From positions 3,944 to 67,943 of the forward strand of contig QZIV01000007.1 in assembly GCA_003599135.1 (NCBI GenBank): a stretch of DNA of 64,000 nt. Reading direction: 5' to 3'. Of this stretch, positions 1-7,986 are shown piece after piece. This DNA comes from Candidatus Parcubacteria bacterium (GTDB taxonomy: Bacteria > Patescibacteriota > Minisyncoccia > UBA6257 > 2-01-FULL-56-20). The first letter of the stretch is position 1. Every line of letters begins with the position of its first letter. The notes beneath the pieces were generated by a model. It did no database searches. It saw nothing but the letters and a program-made list of their open reading frames with translations, and had not been told where the DNA came from. The position numbers and the translations under genes are program-made.

Positions 1-2
1 TG

Positions 3-1355
3 TGGTTCGATTCCGGCGCGATGCCCTTTGCCCAGTGGCACTATCCTTTCGAAAACCGAGAAACGGTTGATAAAAAAAGAGCGTTCCCGGCCGACTACAT
101 CTCGGAAGCGGTTGACCAGACGCGCGGGTGGTTTTATACGCTCCTTTCGGTCTCGACCCTTCTCGGCAAGGGAGCTCCCTATAAGAACGTGATTTGTCTG
201 GGTCACATCAACGACAAGTTCGGCCAGAAGATGTCGAAGTCGAAAGGCAACATTGTCGATCCGTGGCTCACGATCCAGAAATACGGCGTCGATGCGGTCC
301 GATGGAACTTTTATTCCGCAGCGCCTCCCGGAGAGCCGAAAAACTTCGACGAGGCGGAAATTTTGAAAACGTCGAGGAAGCTCCACCTCATCCTCTATAA
401 TTCGCTCGTTTTCTATAGAACGTATGCCCTCGGAGGAAAACCGAAGGCGATTGAAAACTTGAAACCGAAGCACGTCCTTGATCGGTGGGTTGTTGCGCGG
501 CTCGGGGATACGATCCGTGTTGCGACGAGGCATCTCGACGCCTACGAAGTTCGCGAAGCCGCTCTCGCAATCGAGGCGTTCGTTGATGACCTCTCGCGGT
601 GGTACATCCGCCGCTCGCGCCGGAGATTCCAGCCTGCCCGCCGAAGTCTCAACGCAGGCGGGAAGCCAGAAAGTAAAAAAGATTTTGAGGCGGCCTCGGA
701 GATATTAGGAGGAGTGCTTCTCGAGACGGCAAAACTTCTTGCGCCGTTCACGCCGTTTTTCGCCGATGCTCTCTACGGCGCGCTTTCGAAAAGCGAGGCC
801 GAGTCAGTCCACCTAGCCGACTGGCCGGAGGCCCCAAAGAAGATGACCGACCTGAAGCTCGTTTCGGGAATGAGCGAAGTGCGCCGTCTCGCAAGCCTTG
901 CACTCGCAAAGCGGGAAGAAGCGAAAATAAAAGTTCGCCAACCCCTGCCGGTCCTTAAAATAAAGAGTGCCACCCTCAAGGGACAGCGTGAACTTTTGGA
1001 AATTCTCCGAGACGAAGTCAACGTGAAACAAGTTTCGGTTGATCCGAAGCTCAAAGAGGAATTGTGGCTCGATACAACAATTACGCCCGAGCTCCGCGAG
1101 GAGGGGATCGTTCGCGAGCTTATCCGCGCCGTTCAGGACCTCCGACAGAAAGCGGAGCTTCGACCGAAAGACAGAATTATTCTCATGCTCTCCTTGCCCG
1201 AGAATATTGCCGCCATGGCTCTACGGAACGAGGCGTTTCTCAAAAAAGAAGTGGGAGCGAAAGCGGTTCAATATAAAAAATCGGAGAAGTTCGGGGCGGA
1301 GACAGAGACGAAGATTGAGAATTGGGGCGTTTGGTTGGGAATTCGGAAAGCGTAA
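3..1355 (+). CDS. ileS: Isoleucine--tRNA ligase (type 2 / eukaryote-like), 5' end outside window
   Basis: Frame open from position 3 (WFDSGAMPFAQWHYPF); DQTRGWFYTL, KMSKSKGN, LSRWYIRRSRRRF, SVHLADWP; C-terminal EGIVRELIRAVQDLRQK domain and no C-terminal Zn finger. Confidence 0.96.
   Translation, partial: WFDSGAMPFAQWHYPFENRETVDKKRAFPADYISEAVDQTRGWFYTLLSVSTLLGKGAPYKNVICLGHINDKFGQKMSKSKGNIVDPWLTIQKYGVDAVRWNFYSAAPPGEPKNFDEAEILKTSRKLHLILYNSLVFYRTYALGGKPKAIENLKPKHVLDRWVVARLGDTIRVATRHLDAYEVREAALAIEAFVDDLSRWYIRRSRRRFQPARRSLNAGGKPESKKDFEAASEILGGVLLETAKLLAPFTPFFADALYGALSKSEAESVHLADWPEAPKKMTDLKLVSGMSEVRRLASLALAKREEAKIKVRQPLPVLKIKSATLKGQRELLEILRDEVNVKQVSVDPKLKEELWLDTTITPELREEGIVRELIRAVQDLRQKAELRPKDRIILMLSLPENIAAMALRNEAFLKKEVGAKAVQYKKSEKFGAETETKIENWGVWLGIRKA
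633..662. repeat. 30-bp palindromic in-frame element inside ileS (encodes PARRSLNAGG)
   Basis: CCTGCCCGCCGAAGTCTCAACGCAGGCGGG; CCCGCC/GGCGGG arms; exactly 10 codons between RRRFQ and KPESKKD. Confidence 0.65.
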
Positions 1356-1392
1356 CGAAAACGGCGCACGAGGATTTGGACCTGTGCGCCGT
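1353..1392 (-). terminator. Intrinsic terminator between convergent ileS and cupin gene
   Basis: ACGGCGCAC(G)AGG-7 nt-CCTGTGCGCCGT stem at 1361-1392, followed on the minus strand by TTTCGTT. Confidence 0.6.
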
Positions 1393-1414
1393 GATTACTG
1401 TTTTGGACACTCAC

Positions 1415-1807
1415 CTAGCTGTTGGGCGAGTTCAGCAACTCGCCGTTCGATCCCATAATCTTATAGGGAAAAAGATCGCTAGGGTCGAAAGGTTTTGACG
1501 AGAGTGCCGTCATCGTGCTCCCTGGTTCGAAGATCAGGGCGTGGCCGATGCCGGCAGGAATGTGAATCCTAGTTCCGATTCCCAGATCTCGGAAGACTCT
1601 GCGGTTTTTCGTGACCACGTTCTCGAGGACAAGTATGCGGATCTTCCCCGAACTTACGAAGAAGATTTCTTCCTGTCGCAGGTGGACGTGATTGCCTACC
1701 GGGATGGAGGCCTTGAAAAAGAAGTGCCCCAGCCGCATCGCCGCGAACTCTCCGTTCATCGGCTCGAAGATGTCGCGCCGCTCGTCGGAGTTCGCCGGGG
1801 GGACCAT
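1415..1807 (-). CDS. Cupin-domain protein (WxcM/FdtA/RmlC-like sugar isomerase-epimerase fold)
   Basis: SDERRDI, GNHVHLRQEEIFFVSSG and IPAGIGHAL cupin motifs; start uncertain. Confidence 0.8.
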   Translation of the reverse strand: MVPPANSDERRDIFEPMNGEFAAMRLGHFFFKASIPVGNHVHLRQEEIFFVSSGKIRILVLENVVTKNRRVFRDLGIGTRIHIPAGIGHALIFEPGSTMTALSSKPFDPSDLFPYKIMGSNGELLNSPNS

Positions 1808-1847
1808 AGTGACAAGATCCCCAGGTTGATGTTGCCGTGCGGCTGAC

Positions 1848-2570
1848 TCATGAGGTGCACTCCGGAGTGAACTGCAACCTCAACCTCCCGAGCTTTTGCA
1901 GGGCGAGGAAGGTGGTGCTGATAGAGCAGTCTTCACGGACTTTACCTTCCTCAATGAGCTTCAGCCACTCGCCGAGCGGAATGGCAACTCCCTTCAAGAA
2001 CTCAGTCTCGTCGAGTTTGGCCCTGCGGCGGACGATTGGTTCCTTGGGGGTTCCGAGGAATGGAAAACAGCGTTGCGTTGACTGGCGTGTGCTCACGGGA
2101 ATGCCGACGCCGTTGCTCAACGAGATAACCTCGGCGAGTTCGATGCCGGTTTCATGGGTAAACTCACGTCTGGCGCAGGCTCCGTAGGGGTCGGTGGTTT
2201 TCATGTCGTCGTTGCTCGGCACGCCGGAAGGCGGTACGAGCGTGATGTCATTCGATCCCTGTTTCCACTCGCCGACAACGATGAGGAGATCTCCGGGAAG
2301 GAGTACGAAGGTCGTTGCCCAGTTCCGTCCGACGTGGCGAAAATAGCGTTCGATCCGGCCAGCCGGGTTTTTGAGGAATTGAACCTCGACCCGAGGCGCG
2401 AACTTAAGCTCGTGCAGCTGGTCGGGGGTAAGTGGTCCAGCGTTGCCAGCCAGATACTCTTGAATTGAAAGCGGCGGCCGCACCGTTTCCCACTCGCGGA
2501 CGCCGAGTTCGCCGAGCACTTGGTAAATCGTTTTTGCAGTTACAAGGGGAAAACCAAACCGTGTTTCCAT
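1848..2570 (-). CDS. NUDIX hydrolase (ADP-ribose pyrophosphatase-like, N-terminally extended)
   Basis: Variant Nudix box PSG...ACARREFTHETG, LDETEFL, GKVREDCSI; GGAGG 7 nt before ATG at 2570. Confidence 0.85.
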   Translation of the reverse strand: METRFGFPLVTAKTIYQVLGELGVREWETVRPPLSIQEYLAGNAGPLTPDQLHELKFAPRVEVQFLKNPAGRIERYFRHVGRNWATTFVLLPGDLLIVVGEWKQGSNDITLVPPSGVPSNDDMKTTDPYGACARREFTHETGIELAEVISLSNGVGIPVSTRQSTQRCFPFLGTPKEPIVRRRAKLDETEFLKGVAIPLGEWLKLIEEGKVREDCSISTTFLALQKLGRLRLQFTPECTS

Positions 2571-2637
2571 GCTCAAACCTCCCTTTCACTTTGGGATATT
2601 TCTGGATATGAACCCGAAACGAGGGTTACTGCAAAAA

Positions 2638-2666
2638 ACTGTACGATTTTGTTATGGGATTGTCAA
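2638..2666 (-). promoter_or_regulatory. sigma70-type promoter of NUDIX-cupin operon
   Basis: Minus strand TTGACA (2666-2661), 17 nt spacer, TACAGT (2643-2638). Confidence 0.7.
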
Positions 2667-2667
2667 G

Positions 2668-3657
2668 TCAGAGTGCAATACCGATCCGCTTTTTCGCCTC
2701 CTGAATTTTTTTGGAGGCGGCCACTGATGCCATTCCCGATCCTTTCACGAGCACCGCTCGGAGGGCGGACGTTTTATTTCTCAATTCCGCTTTTTTCGAT
2801 CTGAATTTCGCGAGCTTTTCCGATACTTCCTCCGCGACGGCGGCCTTGAACGTTGCATAGTTTTTGCCTCGAAACTTTTTCTCGAGCTGAAGAATCGGCT
2901 TTCCGGTAAAGGACGAAAGAATCTCAAGGAGATTACTTACCCCGGGTTTCTTCTCCCGGTCGTATTTTACTTCACTTCCGGAATCCGTAACCGCCCGGCC
3001 GATTTTCTTTTTTATCTCCTCAGGCGAGTCGTCGAGAAAGAGGCACCCTTCAGGCTGGGACTTGGACATTTTCTTTTCAGGGTTCATTAAACTCATCACG
3101 CGAGGCGTTTTCGTAAGAAGCGGCTGGGGCTCTACGAAGGTTCTTCCAAATTTCGAGTTGAATTTCCGGGCAAGAGTCCGAGTCAGTTCGAGATGCTGGA
3201 GCTGATCGTGTCCCACCGGAACAAATTTCGCATCGCAAAAAAGAATATCAGCTGCCATGAGCACCGGATAATAAAAGAGGCCGATGTTTGAAGTTTCTTT
3301 TTCACCTTCGGATTTTTCTTTAAACTGTGTCATGCGACGAAGATCGCCCATCGGAGTCAAGGTACCTAGAATCCATGCGAGTTCAGTGTGGCTCGGGCTT
3401 TGCGACTGTTGGAAGATGGTTGACTTCCTTGGGTTAAGCCCGGCGGCAAGAAAGTCGGCGACCAACTCCAAGATTTGTTTAGGTTTTTCTTTCGGGTCGA
3501 ATGCTTCGGTGAGCGAGTGGAGATCCGCGATAAAAAAATAGCACTCGTATTTGCCGGAGTCCTGAAGCTCCACGAAATTCTTGAGCGCTCCTAAGTAATT
3601 TCCAATATGCAACCGGCCGCTTGGCTGGATCCCCGAAACTAAAACTGGTTTTGCCAT
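2668..3657 (-). CDS. trpS: Tryptophan--tRNA ligase
   Basis: SGIQPSGRLHIGNYLGA, YPVLMAADIL, VPVGHDQLQHLEL, KMSKS; ATG 3657 chosen. Confidence 0.97.
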   Translation of the reverse strand: MAKPVLVSGIQPSGRLHIGNYLGALKNFVELQDSGKYECYFFIADLHSLTEAFDPKEKPKQILELVADFLAAGLNPRKSTIFQQSQSPSHTELAWILGTLTPMGDLRRMTQFKEKSEGEKETSNIGLFYYPVLMAADILFCDAKFVPVGHDQLQHLELTRTLARKFNSKFGRTFVEPQPLLTKTPRVMSLMNPEKKMSKSQPEGCLFLDDSPEEIKKKIGRAVTDSGSEVKYDREKKPGVSNLLEILSSFTGKPILQLEKKFRGKNYATFKAAVAEEVSEKLAKFRSKKAELRNKTSALRAVLVKGSGMASVAASKKIQEAKKRIGIAL

Positions 3658-3693
3658 CCAATTATTATATCTCGATAACAACAGGAAGTATCA

Positions 3694-3717
3694 CCCTTCG
3701 ACTGCGCTCAGGGCAAG
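3694..3717. repeat. Short REP-like palindromic element in rnj-trpS spacer
   Basis: CCCTTCGACTGCGCTCAGGGCAAG; CCCT/AGGG arms; resembles the CTTCGACT.CGCTCAGG.CAA type of dispersed repeat (from recall). Confidence 0.55.
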
Positions 3718-3723
3718 TCGGCC

Positions 3724-5496
3724 TTATATCTCTATTACGACGGGCAAGATCATCGGTCGGCGGCGGGTTTTGTTATAGAGAAACTGCCCGATCTGGTCCC
3801 GGATGATCGTTTTTAAGTAATCGCTTTCAACGGATTGGGAGGTCGGGAGGCGCGAGATGAGGCCGCGGATGCGCTTCCGCACTTCCTCGAGCACCTCCTG
3901 ATTTTCTTTGAGGTAAATGAATCCGCGCGAGATGATGTCGGGGCTTTTCAAAAGCTTCGCCTTGTCCCGGGCGATCGTAACGATGATGACGACCATTCCC
4001 TCCTGAGCGAGTGTTCGCCTGTCGCGGAGCACGACCTCCTCGACGTCGCCGACGCCCAAGCCGTCCACCATTACGTAGAATGCAGGGACAGTTTCCTGGG
4101 TTACACGGAAGGAGTCTGGGGTAAGCTCCGCAACCTGGCCGTTGTCCATAAGGATAATGTTTTCCTTTTTGATCCCCGCCTCGCGGGCGTTTTGCGCGTT
4201 CGCGGCGCGCATGAAGTAGTACCCGTGCACCGGTACGAGGAATTTCGGTTTCAAGAGTTCCATCACCAGCTTTAAGTCTTCTTTGGGAGCGTGGCCGCTT
4301 GAGTGGATGTCAACAATTTTCGAGTGATAGACGATCGCGCCTTGCCGTGCGAGGTTGTCTTTCAAGACCTGTACACTCCGTTCGTTCCCCGGAATAATCG
4401 AAGACGAGAAGATGACCGTATCGCTCGGCTTTATCTTTATATGCCGGTGCTCTCCGGTTACGATTTTCATGAGACTCGCGTTTTCTTCCCCCTGTGCACC
4501 GGTTGAGAGCACCAATAATCTGTCGTCACGGATCTTGTGCATCTCTTCGAGGGAAATGATCGTTCCCTGCTTTGCCTTGATAAAGCCAAGACTCTGCGCG
4601 ATCTGGACGTTCGTCTTCATGGAATACCCCGAGAGCGCGACCCGTTTTCCGATTTTCTCGGCGATCTTCACTATCTCGGCGATGCGGGTGAGAAGCGACG
4701 CGAAGGTTGCGATGATGATCCTCCCCTCCGCTTTCTTAAAAATTTCTTCGAGATTTTTCTCGACAATGCGCTCGGAGAGCGAGTGGCCGGCCTCCTCGGC
4801 GTTTGTGCTGTCGACGAGGAACGTGTGCACCCCCATCCGTCCGATGCGCTCGAATTCTTCCAGGCCCTGCGGATTGTCATCGTCGTCGTAATCAATCTTG
4901 AAGTCCGCGAAGTGGACGATGTTTCCCGCCGGAGTTTTCAAAAGCACGCCGGTCGTCTCGGGGATGTTGTGCGCGACGCCGAAGAATTCGGCCTCGAAGG
5001 AATTGGAAACTTTTATCCGATCCCCGTTTTTTACTATGTGGATTTTGAGGCGCGGAGCGTTCGGGTGGTCTTCCTGACGTTTTTCGATAATCGCTTTGGT
5101 AAGCGATGTTGCGTAAATAATAGGGTTACCGAGTTTTTCGATGATATGCGGGATTGCCCCGATGTGATCGTAGTGAGCGTGCGTGAGGATGAGCGCCTGG
5201 ACATTCGATTTTTTGCTCTCGAGATATGTCATGTTCGGGATGATGTAGTCGATGCCAGGAGTCGCCTCTTCGGGGAATTGTAAACCGGCGTCAACGATGA
5301 CGATTTCGTTCTTGTATTCGAGGAACATACAGTTCCGTCCGACCTCTTCGAGGCCGCCCAGAGGCACGAGTCGAACCGCTCCGTCGGGAGACGAGGAAGT
5401 TGCCTGTCGATCTCGATCCATTGGGCGTGGATGAACTCCGGTTTTTGGGGGCCGGCTTGTCTCGGTTGTTCTAAAAGGAGTCCGTCGAGGAGTCAT
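3724..5496 (-). CDS. rnj: Ribonuclease J
   Basis: PLGGLEEVGRNC, THAHYDHIGA MBL motif, DSTNAE, STGAQGE, IHSSGHA, RRPMILPVVIEI. Confidence 0.97.
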   Translation of the reverse strand: MTPRRTPFRTTETSRPPKTGVHPRPMDRDRQATSSSPDGAVRLVPLGGLEEVGRNCMFLEYKNEIVIVDAGLQFPEEATPGIDYIIPNMTYLESKKSNVQALILTHAHYDHIGAIPHIIEKLGNPIIYATSLTKAIIEKRQEDHPNAPRLKIHIVKNGDRIKVSNSFEAEFFGVAHNIPETTGVLLKTPAGNIVHFADFKIDYDDDDNPQGLEEFERIGRMGVHTFLVDSTNAEEAGHSLSERIVEKNLEEIFKKAEGRIIIATFASLLTRIAEIVKIAEKIGKRVALSGYSMKTNVQIAQSLGFIKAKQGTIISLEEMHKIRDDRLLVLSTGAQGEENASLMKIVTGEHRHIKIKPSDTVIFSSSIIPGNERSVQVLKDNLARQGAIVYHSKIVDIHSSGHAPKEDLKLVMELLKPKFLVPVHGYYFMRAANAQNAREAGIKKENIILMDNGQVAELTPDSFRVTQETVPAFYVMVDGLGVGDVEEVVLRDRRTLAQEGMVVIIVTIARDKAKLLKSPDIISRGFIYLKENQEVLEEVRKRIRGLISRLPTSQSVESDYLKTIIRDQIGQFLYNKTRRRPMILPVVIEI

Positions 5497-5515
5497 ATAT
5501 TCTAAATATTCTGAG

Positions 5516-5597
5516 TGGGCAGGGAGGGATTTGAACCCTCAAGCCTTGCGGCATACGGCCCTGAACCGTACGTGTCTGCCAATTTCACCACCTGCCC
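5516..5597 (-). tRNA. tRNA-Leu (anticodon CAG), CCA not encoded
   Basis: Acceptor GGGCAGG/CCTGCCC-A; D loop TGGTGAAATTGGCAGACAC; anticodon arm TACGG-TTCAGGG-CCGTA; long variable arm GCCGCAAGGC; T arm GAGGG-TTCAAAT-CCCTC. Confidence 0.95.
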
Positions 5598-5667
5598 TCG
5601 GAAAGACAAAATGTGCGCGATGTGCGTGGAAAGTAAGAGAGTATCCTAGCAAGAAAACGATTCGAAG

Positions 5668-7326
5668 TCAAGATTTGAACGCTCGCGCGGTTTTGAGGTA
5701 CCACAGGGATGCGTCTCGAAAGCGATCTGCCGGCTCGGCGATGTGTTGGGCTTCGATTCCCTGTAAGCCTTTCGGCACAAGATACAAATAGTCGGGTGAG
5801 TAAAGAAACACAGCCGGATAGTCCGCGATAATCGTGCTTTGAAGCTCCTCGAATTGCTCGTGCCGGTTGTCCGGAGCAAGGTTTTGACGGGTCGAAACGA
5901 TCAGCGAGTCGACTTTTTTATTGCTGTAGATGCTCAAGTTGAGTCCGGGGAAAAAACGCTCCGACGAGTGCCAGAAAGAGAAAAGGTCGGAGCTCGGCCC
6001 CAGAATGTTTCCGAAGAGAAGCATTTCGTAATCGCGGTTTTTAATGATGGTGTTCGTAACTTCTTCGGGCGACTGCGCGATCACATTTATCTTGAATCCC
6101 ACGCGTTCCCACATCGACCGGAGCTCGTTCGCGGTTTGGACAAGAAAGCCGATTTGAGGGACAACGAGGTTGAGTTCAAGTGGGATGGTGCTGCTTTTAA
6201 TCGCTTTCTCCCGGTAGCCTTTTTCTTCAACGAATTTCCAGCCCGCGCCCTCGAGAGTTTCCTTTGCAAGCTCCGGAGAGAACGACTCACCTCTGTCTTT
6301 GGAGATCGCGTATGGAGCTCCGGAGGGAATCGGACTCATGACTTCGGCGCCGCGGTTTTGGAGTATGTCGGCGAGGATGCGCGAGGTATCTGTTGCGAAC
6401 GTGAGAGCTCTCCGCACCTCGAGTTCCTTGAGTGCAAGATTCTTGCTCTGGTTCAAGAACACCGCGTAATAGCGGGGGAGCTGGAACGAGAGCATCGCGT
6501 GCGGCCGCTCCACTTGTTTCAGATCGCTTACGGGAAGGCCCGCCAACCCGTCAACTCGTCCGGCGTTGAATTCTTTTACAAGGTCCTCGCTTTGAGAGAA
6601 GAAACGGAAAACAATCTCGGAAATGAACGGGCGGCCGTTGTGATAGAGAGGGTTCGCGGCGAGGCGGTACGTTTCGACGAATCCGTCGGATCTCGCTTTA
6701 TAAGAAGCAAAGGCGTATGCTCCGCTCCCCACGGGCTGCAGATTGAATTCGGAAAGCCGCCAGTTGGGAGGCGCTACGTCGTCGAGGAGGTGTTTTGGTA
6801 CGACGTAGAGAGAGTCAAGGTTATACGAGAAAAAGGCGTACGGATTTGCGAGTACGAATTGAAGCTCGAGTTCGCTTAACCGGGTTGCGAGCACTCCTTG
6901 CCACGCGACCGCAAGCGGGGATTGGGTTTCGGGATCTTGGATTTTTTGAACCGTAAAAATGACGTCGTCGCTCGTGAGTTTTTCTCCGTCGTGCCACGTG
7001 AGGCGCTCTTTGAGGCGAACTTTCCAAGTCCGCCCGTCTTTGCTCGCTTCAACTTTTTCCGCGAGACTCGTCAGACTCGAGAAGACGAGGCGTGCTAGAT
7101 TTTTATCGGCCTCCGTTGTGGCGAGGAGAGGGTTTACATACGCAGGTTGGCCGATTACTCCTTCGATGAACTCCCCTCCTTCGGCCGCAACGACACGGGT
7201 CGACCCTTCGACCCAAAGCGCTGTAAGGACAATCGCACTTATGACCCCGATTGTTCCCGCGCCCACGAAGAAACGCCGCTCTTTGGGAGAAAACGAATCG
7301 TAGATGTGTTTGAGGTTAGCAAACAT
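5668..7326 (-). CDS. Peptide/nickel ABC-type substrate-binding protein (family 5, OppA/DppA-like) with N-terminal TM anchor
   Basis: EGVIGQPAYVNPLL, WHDGEKLTSDDVIFT, PVGSGAY, VRRAL, FWHSS, LNLSIYSNKKVD. Confidence 0.9.
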   Translation of the reverse strand: MFANLKHIYDSFSPKERRFFVGAGTIGVISAIVLTALWVEGSTRVVAAEGGEFIEGVIGQPAYVNPLLATTEADKNLARLVFSSLTSLAEKVEASKDGRTWKVRLKERLTWHDGEKLTSDDVIFTVQKIQDPETQSPLAVAWQGVLATRLSELELQFVLANPYAFFSYNLDSLYVVPKHLLDDVAPPNWRLSEFNLQPVGSGAYAFASYKARSDGFVETYRLAANPLYHNGRPFISEIVFRFFSQSEDLVKEFNAGRVDGLAGLPVSDLKQVERPHAMLSFQLPRYYAVFLNQSKNLALKELEVRRALTFATDTSRILADILQNRGAEVMSPIPSGAPYAISKDRGESFSPELAKETLEGAGWKFVEEKGYREKAIKSSTIPLELNLVVPQIGFLVQTANELRSMWERVGFKINVIAQSPEEVTNTIIKNRDYEMLLFGNILGPSSDLFSFWHSSERFFPGLNLSIYSNKKVDSLIVSTRQNLAPDNRHEQFEELQSTIIADYPAVFLYSPDYLYLVPKGLQGIEAQHIAEPADRFRDASLWYLKTARAFKS

Positions 7327-7379
7327 AGGCGGTCAAAAATGCGGACGCGCGGAGGCCTTTGCGCCGCGTTCGGCCGATT

Positions 7380-7595
7380 TCAGTAAATAAGCTGAATTAT
7401 TGCAAGTCCCGCGAACACAATCGTGAGAGTGATGGTCGCTCTAAAAATTACTTTTTCGAGACCCCTCCGGGCCTGGTAGAATCCCCCTTCGCCTCCGCCC
7501 CCCAGGATTCCGGATATGCCGCCCGAGCGTTCTTGGAGGAGAATGAGAATCACGAGAACCACGGCGACTGCGATCTGAAGAATTGAGATAATCAT
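7380..7595 (-). CDS. secG: Preprotein translocase subunit SecG
   Basis: Two TM helices, LILLQERSGG...RRGLEK signature. Confidence 0.9.
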   Translation of the reverse strand: MIISILQIAVAVVLVILILLQERSGGISGILGGGGEGGFYQARRGLEKVIFRATITLTIVFAGLAIIQLIY

Positions 7596-7957
7596 TAGTT
7601 TTTTCTTGCGGTTGCTTGATGGAACACGAAATTGATGGCCGTGAAAAGCAGAGTCCCGTAGATCAAGGCCGGAATCGTTTCAATCCTAAGGTCTTTCACG
7701 ACGGTGTCAAGAACGTAGAGCACAATCGCGTTCACAAGTATGAGTCCGAAGCCGAGCGTAAGGACGATGACGGGTCCGAGTACGAGTTTCAAAATCGGTT
7801 TGAGGACGAAATTGAAAACGGTAAGAATGAAGGCGATCGTTGCGATGCCTCTCACGTCTCCCGTGGCAAGCACGAAACCGGGAATATACGCCGCCGCGAC
7901 CCACAGGCCGAGGGCGTTGAGGAGCACTGCAACAACAATGCGCGAGATCCAGCGCAT
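7595..7957 (-). CDS. 4-TM membrane protein, phage-holin-4/YvlD (DUF360) family
   Basis: NFVLKPILKLVLGPVIVLTLGFGLILVNAIVL motif; TAATG overlap with secG. Confidence 0.85.
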   Translation of the reverse strand: MRWISRIVVAVLLNALGLWVAAAYIPGFVLATGDVRGIATIAFILTVFNFVLKPILKLVLGPVIVLTLGFGLILVNAIVLYVLDTVVKDLRIETIPALIYGTLLFTAINFVFHQATARKN

Positions 7958-7963
7958 ACCTAC

Positions 7964-7972
7964 ATTATAACA
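7964..7972 (-). promoter_or_regulatory. Extended -10 promoter (leaderless) for holin-like-secG operon
   Basis: Minus strand TGT-TATAAT, 6 nt before ATG 7957. Confidence 0.6.
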
Positions 7973-7986
7973 CGGGAGCAGTCCTC

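Noticed and set aside
5516-5597. tRNA-Leu as integration site
   Set aside because: No integrase and no duplicated tRNA 3' end noticed in the window
5839-6879. Long antisense ORFs (e.g. 5839-6879, 10115-11128, 16079-17098, 58022-58960, 62598-63533)
   Set aside because: They lie wholly opposite well-supported genes and show no motifs; typical shadow ORFs from codon bias
7595-7957. Holin-like gene as evidence of a prophage
   Set aside because: No phage genes nearby; this family is commonly chromosomal and here is coupled to secG
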